Source: Octopus vulgaris
Taxonomy: Eukaryota
Assembly (NCBI GenBank): GCA_951406725.2
Contig: OX597827.1
Location: forward strand, 18,104,001-18,168,000
Length of the DNA: 64,000 bases
Reading direction: 5' to 3'
Made by a program: the position numbers and the translations under genes. Of this stretch, positions 1 to 11,580 are shown piece by piece. How positions within the stretch are numbered: position 1 is the stretch's first letter; each line of letters starts with the position of its first letter. The notes under the pieces were generated by a model. That model searched no databases. It was not told the DNA's origin and was given only the letters and a program-made list of their open reading frames with translations.

Positions 1-289
1 CACAGACACGAATACTTCTGATCTTTCGGATGCTTTTATGCTATGTAGTTAGGTAAGGGCAGATTTTAAATATAACGAAATATAACTGATTGTCCTCTGG
101 TTACAAAAGAATATCTTCTTTTCATTGGCCATTTAAGATCACGGGATGAAACTGAAAATTTAGTATCTACTGATAAATGAGAGGCAATATTTTATTCTGA
201 CTAGAAGTAATCAATTTTGCTTTCTGTAGAAATTTCAGCGAAACTAAATTTTATTCAAAATTTATGAGATGATATTAACAGCCAATAGT

Positions 290-464
290 TTAAAATTGGT
301 CAAAAGGAGTTCTGTTGGTGGCAGCAATATGACAGTTTAACAGTTCGGGCCTATTGCAATATTTGCAGCTTTTCACAGCTACATGGTCAGCAGATGTAAG
401 ACGTAACGAGGAGTCTCGTTGGAAATATTCCAGGATATACTGAGCAACACCTGTTTCTCTCGTC
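290..464 (-). CDS. Candidate terminal coding exon of unidentified minus-strand gene (..TRETGVAQYILEYFQRDSSLRL..PFDQF*)
   Basis: Non-repetitive sequence; acceptor TTTTTTCCTCTCCAAG|G at 465/464; phase 2, compatible with donors at 4221 and 5773; open to TAA at 292-290. Protein not recognised. Confidence 0.3.
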
Positions 465-543
465 CTTGGAGAGGAAAAAAGGCACATACTGAATAAACTT
501 TCATCTACAGTATATACATATAAATATATATGTATGTGTGTTG

Positions 544-582
<39 letters not shown>

Positions 583-1100
583 TTATGCATGTGTCATTAA
601 GAAGACGACTGTGTTTGCATTTTATTATTTAGATTTTAGATTTTTTTCAAATTTTCTTGTCCGTTTTTGGTGGTTAGTTTGAAACAATAGAGTTCCTAGA
701 TCCTTAAGAAGGATAAATGATAGTGAAGGTGCTTTGTCTTGTTGTTAAGGAAGTCAGGCTCACAATTATAAGGTTGTCAGTTCGACTTCTGGACTGGGAA
801 GTGCGTTGAGTCCTTGACCAAGGCACATAATTTTATGCTGCTTGAATCTACTTAGCTCAAATAAGTAGAGATCCTTCTCTCACTATCTCTATCTCTTTCT
901 GTTTTTCTCTCTGTTTCTCTCTCTCCATTTACATTTCTCTCCAGCAGCCTCATCTTCGATGATCCACTGAGGCATGAACAGGAGGCGTGAAGGTGTCTAT
1001 ACCTGCTCATTATTACACGGCAGTTAATTGACTAGTCCCCTCGCCCAAAATTTCTGGCTTTATGCCTTTAGTAAAAAGGATTATAACACGGCAGAAAAAA

Positions 1101-1500
1101 GGCGGCGACCTGGTAGAATCGTTAGCACGGTGGACAAAATGCTTAGCGGCATTTCGTCCGTCTTTACATTTTGAGTTCAAATTCCACCGAGGTCGACTTT
1201 GCCTTTCATCTTTTCAGGGTCGATAAAATAAGTACCAGTTGATGTAATCGAGAGTCCCCTTCCCCCAAATTTCAGGCCTCGTTCCTTTAGTAAAAAGGAT
1301 TATCAGATGGCAGAAAAAATCGCCGTGCTGATGGAGTAATTAGCAAGCCGAGCGTTCTGAGTTCAAATTCCGCAGAGGTCGACTACGCCTTTCATTCTTG
1401 CGGTGTCGATAAAATAAATATCTGTTCAGTACTCGAGTAATGTAATCGTATAAACCCTTCCCTAGAAATTGCTGGCCTTGTGCTAAAATTTGAAATAATT
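1101..1500 (+). mobile_element. Two adjacent SINE family A copies (second degenerate)
   Basis: GGCGGCGA.CTGG.AGAATCGTTAGC head, GAGTTCAAATTCC B-box, GGTCGACTTTGCCTTTCATC...GTCGATAAA..AGTACCAG core repeated many times in window. Confidence 0.85.
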
Positions 1501-1822
1501 ATTACATGGCAGAACAGATAACACGCCGGACTAAATGCTTGGCGGTGTTCATACTCTGGACCAATGCTTATCTAATCACTAAATTACATTTCTTTGATAT
1601 ACCGTTGGTTATAACCCCAATGGTTTGGTGGGGAGCGGTGTGTATGTTGATGCAGCTAGGTGAATAGGCCAGTGATATGGGTAGATACTAATGAAATGTA
1701 TTAATTAAAAATAATTAATAGACTAGTGTTTCCCGAAATAATATTTTAAGATAGGATGTACTGAATGCCCTAAGCAAATGTTTTGATATGCTTATACTTT
1801 TTCTTATCTTTGGTAAAGACCA

Positions 1823-1871
<49 letters not shown>

Positions 1872-1872
<1 letters not shown>

Positions 1873-2046
1873 GTAAAATAATATGTGACAATTATTCGCT
1901 GGCCAAGATAAAACTCTGAGTTTCGGATGCCGAGGTGGAAATCCACACCACCATCTCTTCGGTTATCTGGTCATCTGAAGAAACCTCTATTTACATAATA
2001 CTGAGGTCTCTTTCTTTTGTTATCTTGTTATCTTACCGTATTTACC
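1872..2046 (-). mobile_element. (TA)n-adjacent Penelope-type non-autonomous element with degenerate HHR motif (1903-1970)
   Basis: Minus strand CCAGATAA-CCGAAGA-GATG..CATC-C-GAAA-CTCAGAG-TT-TTATCTTGG; related segments at 19741-19806 and 36770-36909. Confidence 0.55.
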
Positions 2047-2281
2047 TTGATTGTGATGTTGAACTTATAAATATATATATATCCCACTAGGCCGCTGGTG
2101 ACAAAAAAATTCTACAAAATTTTTTTGCCACCCTATATTGATTAATTATGAATTTTCTGGTTATCCGTAATATATATATTTGCTATATTTGGCGCGAGTG
2201 CGATGATTTGAAAATTTTAGGTCAGATATTGCCGAGGCAGGGACAGAAGTGCCTCGTGAAAATATCTGTTCCGATCTGGCT

Positions 2282-2388
2282 ATTTCTTACTGACGAATCT
2301 AAGGGCCTATGGAAGATTGGCTTGATTTAATTTAATCAGGTTAGTTTACCATTAAACAGTAGATGAAACGGTGCATCGTATAAGAAAT
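2282..2388 (+). ncRNA. Type I hammerhead ribozyme, copy 1
   Basis: Stem I ATTTCTTA(2282-89)/TAAGAAAT(2381-88); CTGACGA 2290-96; stem II ATCTA/TAGAT; GAAA 2365-68; stem III ACGGTGCATCGT; GUA triplet, predicted cut after 2380. Confidence 0.85.
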
Positions 2389-2770
2389 TACAGGGTAAAC
2401 GTTTTTTTAATTTTCTCCTGGTTTGCGGAATTAATGTTATTTTGCGGTTGAAGCTTTGGCTGTTATTTCTAGTGGGTGAATGGCCTATTATGGCCGTTCC
2501 TTGATTGTGATGTTGAACTTATAAATGGTCTATGACTATTTAATTTTCTCCCACTAGGCCGCTGGTGACAAAAAAATTCTACAAAATTTTTTTGCCACCC
2601 TATATTGATTAATTATGAATTTTCTGGTTGATTCCGTAATGGAATCGGCGGCTTATATTTATTTGCTGCCAATAAATTTGGCGCGAGTGCGATGATTTGA
2701 AAATTTTAGGTCAGATATTGCCGAGGCAGGGACAGAAGTGCCTCGTGAAAATATCTGTTCCGATCTGGCT

Positions 2771-2877
2771 ATTTCTTACTGACGAATCTAAGGGCCTATG
2801 GAAGATTGGCTTGATTTAATTTAATCAGGTTAGTTTACCATTAAACAGTAGATGAAACGGTGCATCGTATAAGAAAT
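2771..2877 (+). ncRNA. Type I hammerhead ribozyme, copy 2
   Basis: Same motif; CTGACGA 2779-85, GAAA 2854-57, predicted cut after 2869. Confidence 0.85.
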
Positions 2878-3260
2878 TACAGGGTAAACGTTTTTTTAAA
2901 TTTTCTCCTGGTTTGCAGAATTAATGTTATTTTGCGGTTGAAGCTTTGGCTGTTATTTCTAGTGGGTGAATGGCCTATTATGGCCGTTCCTTGATTGTGA
3001 TGTTGAACTTATAAATGGTCTATGACTATTTAATTTTTTCCCACTAGGCCGCTGGTGACAAAAAAATTCTACAAAATTTTTTTGCCACCCTATATTGATT
3101 AATTATGAATTTTCTGGTTGATTCCGTAATGGAATCGGCAGCTTATATTTATTTGCTGCCGATAAATTTGGCGCGAGTGCGATGATTTGAAAATTTTAGG
3201 TCAGATATTGCCGAGGCAGGGACAGAAGTGCCTCGTGAAAATATCTGTTCCGATCTGGCT

Positions 3261-3367
3261 ATTTCTTACTGACGAATCTAAGGGCCTATGGAAGATTGGC
3301 TTGATTTAATTTAATCAGGTTAGTTTACCATTAAACAGTAGATGAAACGGTGCATCGTATAAGAAAT
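3261..3367 (+). ncRNA. Type I hammerhead ribozyme, copy 3
   Basis: Same motif; CTGACGA 3269-75, GAAA 3344-47, predicted cut after 3359. Confidence 0.85.
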
Positions 3368-3492
3368 TACAGGGTAAACGTTTTTTTTAATTTTCTCCTG
3401 GTTTGCGGAATTAATGTTATTTTGCGGTTGAAGCTTTGGCTGTTATTTCTAGTGGGTGAATGGCCTATTATGGCCGTTCCTTGATTGTGATG

Positions 3493-3523
<31 letters not shown>

Positions 3524-3721
3524 TATATGTATGGATGTATGCACGTATGTATGTATGTATGAATGTATGTATATATGAATGTATATATATATATGTATAC
3601 ATATGTATATATATATATATGTATGTATATAAATGTATATATATAAGTATATACTCATACATATATATATAAATACACACATATATATATGGTGTATGTA
3701 CATATCTATGTATATATATGA

Positions 3722-3789
<68 letters not shown>

Positions 3790-3797
<8 letters not shown>

Positions 3798-3941
3798 AGT
3801 GAATTGAAGAAATGGAGCTGAACGAAGATTGAACAGAAATCGTTTTATTTCATTGTGCCTTTCGAAACACGTGTAGAATGAAATAAAACGATTTCTGTTC
3901 AATCTTCGTTCAGCTCCATTTCTTCAATTCACTAATAATAT
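3790..3941. repeat. Perfect inverted repeat, 65-bp arms, 22-nt spacer, at start of a (TA)n-flanked element (to ~4092)
   Basis: 3790-3854 is the reverse complement of 3877-3941; spacer GTGCCTTTCGAAACACGTGTAG. Confidence 0.95.
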
Positions 3942-4220
3942 TAAAATTCAATTATCCGCACCAACGCACGGTTGCAACACCATATGGTTGTACCTCCAAC
4001 CGTGCTGTCTTCTGCTGTGATTTTTGCTACCAAGGTATCGGTTAAACTTTTGATTAATCTGCTACAAGATTATTCATCTTTCTATTTCACAATATATATA
4101 TATATATATATAAATATATATATATATGAAAAATTTGTCACGTTTCCATCATTAAACGAAGATACCCTTCGGGTTTCACTAAGCCGTCAATCAACCATAC
4201 CAGTTCTCCCTTCTGTTTAC

Positions 4221-4529
4221 CTTGAAGAACTGCAGTATGCAATGAGGTGTTTTCTATGGGGCTGCAGGCGTATCAATGGCCGAAATTTGTGAAAGGGTTT
4301 CAGTAGGGAATGGAAACTGTGATTTGCCACTATGGACGAATGAACTGAAAAGTTCAAAAGTGATCGCGCAGGTGTTGTGCACCTTGGGGCCGGACGCCTG
4401 GTTACGTTCTGCGCTGCTGACACGATATTGAAGGAGTTTGTGACATGGTTGGATTGACTGTTGATGAAGTGGCACATAGTATGGAAATTAGACATAGGTT
4501 TTTTTCTGCTTGTGAGTCTGTGAAATCTT
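4221..4529 (-). CDS. Candidate exon (ATG at 4495) encoding a basic, D/E-free N-terminal peptide
   Basis: Acceptor TTTATTGCAG at 4530, donor AAG|GTAAAC at 4221 (phase 2); upstream 82-nt intron starts CAG|GTAAGT at 4611; frame open throughout. Confidence 0.5.
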
Positions 4530-4802
4530 CTGCAATAAAGTTGATCATAGTTAACATAATCACAGTGACAAGTTAAATGATGTTTCGTTTTCAAACTTGC
4601 GTTGTACTTACCTGAGAGGAGAGAGAGTGGAAAGAGAGAGGGAGGGAGACTGAGAAGAGACTGATAGACAGATAGACAGAGATAGCAAACTGTGATACAC
4701 AGGAGAAAGGAAGTGAGTGAGAGAAAGAGAGAGAGAGATTACCATCCAATGCGCTAGTGATACACACAACTAATTTCTCCGTCAGAAGACTTTATAAAAA
4801 CA

Positions 4803-5188
4803 CTAGCAGTATCGCCCGGCGTTGCTCGGGTTTGTAAGGGAAAAAAACTATAAAGCATTTTTAGAGAGTTATAGCCAAAAAATAGCAAAAAAATGGGAAA
4901 AAAATTATGGTAAATTTATTTTTGAGAGTTAAAAGGTCGAGTTGCGTCCCCTAGACAGTCTGTGGTTTGTGTTTCTGATTCTCGATCCCATGTCGAATTT
5001 ATCGATTTTTTTTCAGAACTGAAGGAATTTTTCAAAATTTTCGCTGCGTTAGTTTTGAATTATGACATTGGGTTATGTGTGTGTCAAGTTTCATCAGAAT
5101 CGGTTGAAAGCCGTGGTCAGGGTGAGGGTACAACCTAACGGACACACAGACACGCAGACAGACAAACTGCCGTTTATAGAGAGAGAGA
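4803..5188 (-). mobile_element. Non-autonomous Helitron
   Basis: Minus strand starts TC, ends hairpin CCCGAGCAACGCCGGG then CTAG, between A and T; related copies at 20598 and 29049. Confidence 0.8.
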
Positions 5189-5772
5189 TTACTGGAAGCG
5201 AGGTCGTTAACCGTCGCTACACTGCCTGTAAAAATATTTGTCAATCTTATACGTCCCTTCATAAACTGTTCAAAGTGAAAGGCTTTTTTTAAAAGTCTCT
5301 GTTTCATTGTCTATACGTTGAAAAACACAGAAACACGCGTGTGTGGTTACAGCCAAAACAAAAATAACTATATATATTATATATATACATATAGCCTTTT
5401 TTTTAAGTCTGTCCTGTGTTGTGTTGTGTTGACAGATTTGCACTGAAAATTCCCGTGTTTTTAGTCAGAACTTGTTAGTAGAAAAATTACAAGAGCATTA
5501 TTGGAAATTAGTGACTTGCCCTTGTAGATATACATTTATAGATAGATCAACAGACAGATCGACAGACATGATCGATAGATAGGTTGTTAGATAGGTAGGT
5601 AGATAGATAGGTTGATAGATAGATAGGTAGATAGATATATAGATCGATAAGGTAGGATAGGATAGGATAGATAAGTAGTTATTCAAGTTAGCATCATTCA
5701 CAAGATGCATTTCAGAAGGGGAAGCATAATCGAAATGCAATCGAAAATGGGAATGATTCATTCATCGATTAC

Positions 5773-5967
5773 CTGAAGCCATTTCCGCGGGTGTTTGGTG
5801 ACGAAGCGAGGCTGCTATACCCACTGGCGCTATTTCCGGATCCGTTTCGAGAAATTGCGCATGGCGATGATGCCTTTCCGCTAAAACTGTTGCTACGTTC
5901 GGGTGGAGAACCGGCTACTATTTGTTTGTGCGGGGAGTTTTTGCCTGAACTCGCCAGCATTTCCCGT
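5773..5967 (-). CDS. Candidate Ser/Gly/Pro-rich exon (MLASSGKNSPHKQIVAGSPPERSNSFSGK...GNGFR)
   Basis: GC/CpG-rich island in AT-rich DNA; donor CAG|GTAAT at 5773 (phase 2); possible acceptor CCACAG at 5968 or ATG at 5960; only open minus frame. Confidence 0.55.
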
Positions 5968-6067
5968 CTGTGGTAGGACGTTGGTGGATGAAATTAATCC
6001 CTTTTCGGGGTCCTTTAAAGAGAATTTGGGGTTAAAGTATTTTAATGAAAAGCATATTTTTAACATA

Positions 6068-6134
<67 letters not shown>

Positions 6135-6318
6135 CATTATTATTTAAGTATTTATTTACTTACACGAGAATATATTTCTCATTCGTGGAATGAATAAACA
6201 CTCCTTTTTAGGTCCCTTAAATGAAGATGAGTTCAAATTATATGTATACATGAATACGTGTATGTGTGTGTTTGTGTGTGAGTGTGTGTGCGTATGTGTG
6301 TGTGTAAGTATATATGTA

Positions 6319-6358
<40 letters not shown>

Positions 6359-6381
6359 TACTTATATATGTATATACAGTC

Positions 6382-6414
<33 letters not shown>

Positions 6415-6434
6415 TATATACATATATAAATATG

Positions 6435-6506
<72 letters not shown>

Positions 6507-6963
6507 CATATATATACATACATATTCATACATATATGTATACATGAATGAATATATGTATGCATACTTAGAAAGAGCGGGATATAGATTAAGTGAAACT
6601 ATTTTAGGAAAACAGGATATGATTGCTAAATTAAGAAGCATAGTCAAGTCAAACATCGAATTGCCTAATAGAAAACTAATAGAAAGCAATAACAGTGCAA
6701 TAACAAACAGAGAACACATGCATAAAAAAAAATTAGTAACTGCTTCGATGTTATAACGGAGACGTCTAATGAAAACAATCTGACAAATGAAACGACGATA
6801 ACTGTATAAGATGCTTTCTTAAGTGAGTATTAAGAAACCAGACGATAAAAATTACGTACAAACTCAAAAGGATATACCCGCTCAAATATGTATACAAACC
6901 TCTTCTGAAGCACTGAACAAAAGTAATATAGCTGATTGCAAATAGATAGATAGATAGATAGAC

Positions 6964-7074
<111 letters not shown>

Positions 7075-7126
7075 AAGACAGATAACAGACAGACATATAG
7101 AGAGAAAGAGAGAGAGAGAGAGATAA

Positions 7127-7171
<45 letters not shown>

Positions 7172-7191
7172 AAGAAAGAAAGAAAGAAATA

Positions 7192-7274
<83 letters not shown>

Positions 7275-7599
7275 TATATATATATGTGTGTGTGTGTGTG
7301 TGTTAAGGTATGTATTTCTCAAATAGAAAAAGCGTAACGGGGTTCGGGGAGCAGAATATTTTAACTACAGGTAGATCATGTCGACCAGCTTTTGCACGGT
7401 TACTGTGTGCCCAGTATCCCGGCCTTGTGTTAACCCGCATCTACGATGCCAAACAGAATTCATAATCTCGATACATTTCCCCCTTTTATAAAGTGAAAAA
7501 CCTCTTCATTTTACGTAAATACACACCGTTCTTGATTTATCGCTAATATTATGTAGTCTAAAATCATGTTTTATATATGAGTATGTGTGTGTGTATCTA

Positions 7600-7735
7600 T
7601 GATAGATCGCTACACATTCTTTATTTTCTCTCCTTGTTTCTTTCTATGTTCCTTTCTGTGGAAGAGCGTAGGCTCGAAACGTTAAAGACTTTTTAACTTC
7701 TCGAGCGTTATACTAATACATCTGTTTGTTGTCTA
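7600..7735 (+). mobile_element. Short Penelope-type element with degenerate minimal HHR (7652-7687)
   Basis: CTTT-CTGTGGA-A-GAGC-GTAG-GCTC-GAAAC-GTT-AAAG; similar to 46750 and 48610 elements. Confidence 0.6.
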
Positions 7736-8297
7736 TATATATATATGCAAAACGATATCTTGTACACACCTAGGCTCTTTTATCTTCGCCTCGAATTTGA
7801 CGAAGAGAATTGGTTCTTCGGAATTAAAAACTGATAGGGTAGCAGCAGTGGTCAGACGTAGGAGGCAAGCAAAGTAAGGAACACCAGAAGCGCAACAACA
7901 AAGAGATTAAAGTAGATTCGGCTGAAGGATTGTTAATGGCTTTGTTGCGAGAATAAGAACGAAATAAGATATCCCAGCAAGGTCATAACAAGAGAACAGT
8001 GTTCAAAATAGAAGTGTGAAGAACATATATCATTGTAGAAGTAAGAGTTAAAGTTTAGTGCTTAAGTAAATGAATAAATGGAAGTAGGTGGGAATTGAAA
8101 AGTCCATAGATTAATGAAGAGATAAGTAAAAGGATGATTAATACTTAAGTGGGTAATAATCTTGATTATCTACTGAATCATAAATAATGAAGCACTTTAG
8201 ATTTTAAATTAAAGAATGAATAATTAAGTGAATACATTGTTGTTGTTGCTGCTGTTGTTATCATCATCATCATCATCATCATCATCATTATTATTCA

Positions 8298-8530
8298 GGG
8301 CAGCGAGCTGGCAGAAACGTTAGCACGCCGGGCGAAATCCTTAGCGGTATTTCGTCTGCCGTTACGTTATGAGTTCAAATTCCACCGAAGTCGACTTTGC
8401 CTTTCATCCTTTCGGGGTCGATAAATTAAGTACCAGTTATGCACTGGGGTCGATATAATAGACTTAATCCCTTTGTCTGTCCTTGTTTGTGCACTCTGTC
8501 TTTAGCTCCTTCTGGGTAGTAAAGAAATTA
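8298..8530 (+). mobile_element. SINE family A
   Basis: Full head, B-box, core and tail. Confidence 0.9.
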
Positions 8531-8629
8531 TTGACTACTTTTATCTTGTTTGTGAAACCGAAAGTAATTATATGTACGAATGTGTGTGTGTATACATATA
8601 TACATACACACACACATGCATACATACAT

Positions 8630-9103
8630 GTATGTTCTTTCTTTCTTGGTCTGGCCGTTCTCCGTGCAACATCGATATTCCTCCTTGTGTTTGTGAAATC
8701 TTGTATCCCTGCCATAAGGCTTCATTTCGACACACGCCAGCTTAATTTAACTCGTCCTTAGTCGAAAGACACCTGTTGTTATGTCCTGTTATTATTTTTA
8801 CTGTATTTATAGTTGTGTAACTTTCTCCGTTTTTTTCCGTCCTTGTTTTTGTATACATTCGCTGCTTTCTTCGAATGAATCTAATGCTCTTAGCTTAGTT
8901 TTTCCTTGGGGCTGGCCAGATTGGAGCAATCTCAAGTATAATCAGCCGAAATTGCAAAGATAATCTGGTGTTTGACTGAGGAAAGAAAACTTCGAATGAC
9001 CCGTCCTTGATTTCTTTGTATCGTCTATCTGGATGTTTTGTTGTCCCATATTTGTATCACCTAACTGTCCGGATGGTTTGCATTCTTGTCCCATTTTGTA
9101 TCA
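8630..9103 (+). mobile_element. Unclassified (TA)n-adjacent repeat; relative at 50045-50310 on minus strand
   Basis: Shared AATCTAATGCTC.TAGCTTAGTTTTTCCT.GGGGCTGGCC...GACTGA.GA...TTCGAATG blocks. Confidence 0.7.
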
Positions 9104-9104
9104 T

Positions 9105-9186
<82 letters not shown>

Positions 9187-9262
9187 CACTGTGATCACCA
9201 TGACCAACCAGGCTGTATGTATGCATGCATGCATGTATGTATGTATGTATGTATGTATGTAT

Positions 9263-9540
9263 ACCGTACCGGATCTAAGACAAATGAGGCCCTGTGCTAG
9301 TTAAGTTATGAGTCCCATTACTTAATATAAAGGGGCCTTAATTGGCCCCTTTATATTAAAAAATAACGTATAAAGGCGTTCACATTATTAATTTCACTAT
9401 TATAAATTTTAGGGAAAACATTTGAACGCTCGACATTTGAAAAATTCATCGTAAAAATTTGGGGGCAGGAAGATAGGTTCACCAGCACCACCCACCGATC
9501 TGATCTAGCACACCTGAGCACAATGGTTAATCTGGCACTC
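9263..9540. mobile_element. Possible degenerate MITE
   Basis: Imperfect terminal inverted sequences (CCGTACCGGATCTAAG / GTTAATCTGGCACT). Confidence 0.35.
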
Positions 9541-9666
9541 GATGGATGGATGGATGGATGGATGGATGGATGGATGGATGGATGGATACAAAGACAGAGA
9601 GAACGAAAAAGAAACAAGGCGATAAAAAACTGCATTAGTTTGCGCCGACGCGAAGCTCAGAAAACC

Positions 9667-9888
9667 TATTTTTTATTACCCACAAGAGGCTAAACACAGA
9701 GGGGACAAACAAGGACAGACATAGGTATTAAGTCGATTACATCGACCCCAGTGCGTAACTGGTACTTAATTTATCGACCCCGAAAGGAAGAAAGGCAAAG
9801 TCGACCTCAGCGGAATTTGAACTCACAACGTAACGGCAGACGAAATACCGCTAAGCATTTCGCGGGCCGTGCTAACGATTCTGCCAGC
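9667..9888 (-). mobile_element. SINE family A
   Basis: Reverse complement of family A. Confidence 0.9.
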
Positions 9889-10085
9889 AATACCGAAAGC
9901 CTCTCATGGACGTTAATAAATATTTAAACTTTACCGTGTATCTTGGGTACGTTTCTTTTCACCCTCGTAAACACAAATGCTCATACGTGTACGAACGTGT
10001 GTGCGTATGTAAAGTCTGTGCACGCGTGCGCGTGTGTGGATGCACGCAAGTATGCATGTATGCAATTATGTATGTATGTAGAAGG

Positions 10086-10287
10086 CGGCGAAATGCTTAG
10101 CGGTATTTCGTCTGCCGTTACGTTGTGAGTTCATATTCCGCCGAGGTCGACTTTGCCTTTCATCCTTTTGGAGTCGATAAATTAAGTACTAGTTACGCAC
10201 TGGGGTCGATATAATCGACTTAATACCTATGTCTGTCTTTGTTTGTCCCCTCTGTGTTTAGCCCCTTGTGGGTAATAAAGAAATAGG
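10086..10287 (+). mobile_element. SINE family A, 5' truncated
   Basis: Core and tail match family A. Confidence 0.85.
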
Positions 10288-10787
10288 TATGTATGTATGT
10301 ATGCAGATATGCATGTATGTATGTATGTATGTGTGCATATAGGTAGGTATGACGGTAGGAGTACATCAAATTCTGCAAGAGAGAACGATAGACTTGCAGC
10401 CACAAATAGCAAGAACATTCGCAGACAGTGCCGAAATAAAATCATTTTCGGTCTTTTGTTTGTTTTTTGCTTCTATTTTCGTTTTTATACCAATTATTGA
10501 CATCAGCAGAGAAAGAGATGAGATGAGATGAGATGAGAAGAAAAGCAGAGCGGGGAAGGCGAAGAGGTGGAGAAGCACTGAGAGAGGGTGATGGAAGTTG
10601 AAGAACGAGGAAGAATGAAAGTTAGATGTGTGGAATAGATAGAAAGGGAAGAGCATAAAGAAAGACTGAGAGTGTGGTGGTGGTGGGGGGGAGAAGCGTA
10701 AAGGATGACAGATAGATAGATAGATAGATAGATAGAGGGGGAGATAGAGACAGACAGATAGACAGACAGACGGACAGATAGATAGAC

Positions 10788-10870
<83 letters not shown>

Positions 10871-10927
10871 CAGGTAGAGGGACAGACAGACAGGCAGGCA
10901 GGCAGACAGGCAGGCAGGCAGATAGAC

Positions 10928-10974
<47 letters not shown>

Positions 10975-10975
10975 C

Positions 10976-11038
<63 letters not shown>

Positions 11039-11071
11039 CAGACAGAAAGACAGGCAGACAAACAGACAGAC

Positions 11072-11107
<36 letters not shown>

Positions 11108-11134
11108 TGAGAGGTAGAGGTAGAGGGAGAGTGG

Positions 11135-11183
<49 letters not shown>

Positions 11184-11580
11184 GTGGAATCCAATGTTAC
11201 ATAATAAGGAATAAAGTGTTAAGCAGGGAAGAATTCCTGCCGTAAGTTTTGAAGATTTTCCATAAATCCTATGGAAACATTTCAAGTTTGGTTGTCTGGA
11301 ATTTCGTTATTTCATGTAATTCTTATTGTACGTTCATCTTTGGATGTTTTTCTTTGGATTTTTTTTATCCTTGTTGTTTTGTTGGGGGTTTTTTTGTTGC
11401 TTTTGTTTGTTCTTTTTTTTTGTTAGTTTTTTTTTTTCGTAATATCTACTTCATACCGTATCGTACGTTCGTAGTCGTTGACCGTGTGTGTCTGACGAAT
11501 TTTGATCGTTTTATCGGCATTCCAGCCGTGACCATCTCGCCTATTCTTTTTTTTTTTTTTTTTTTTTGCCCCGTATATGT

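Larger units (their letters stand above)
2045..3492 (+). repeat. Tandem array of ~490-bp units (about 3 copies), retrozyme-like
   Basis: CCTTGATTGTGATG recurs at 2045, 2499, 2989, 3479; units nearly identical, first unit shorter; ends in (TA)n. Confidence 0.97.

Noticed and set aside
4600-4660. Polypyrimidine-CAG|GTAAGT resembling a recursive splice site
   Set aside because: More simply a donor after a CT-rich leader with an acceptor 82 nt away; cannot be distinguished without RNA data
5315-5345. TTGAAAA-ACACA-GAAACACGCGTGTG hammerhead-like string
   Set aside because: No stem II or stem I, and the triplet would end in G
6544-6756. 70-aa plus-strand ORF
   Set aside because: Starts in microsatellite, no clear splice signals or recognisable motif
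7796-7826. TTGACGAAGAGAATTGGTTCTTCGGAA
   Set aside because: Simple hairpin; lacks GAAA, stem III and cleavage triplet
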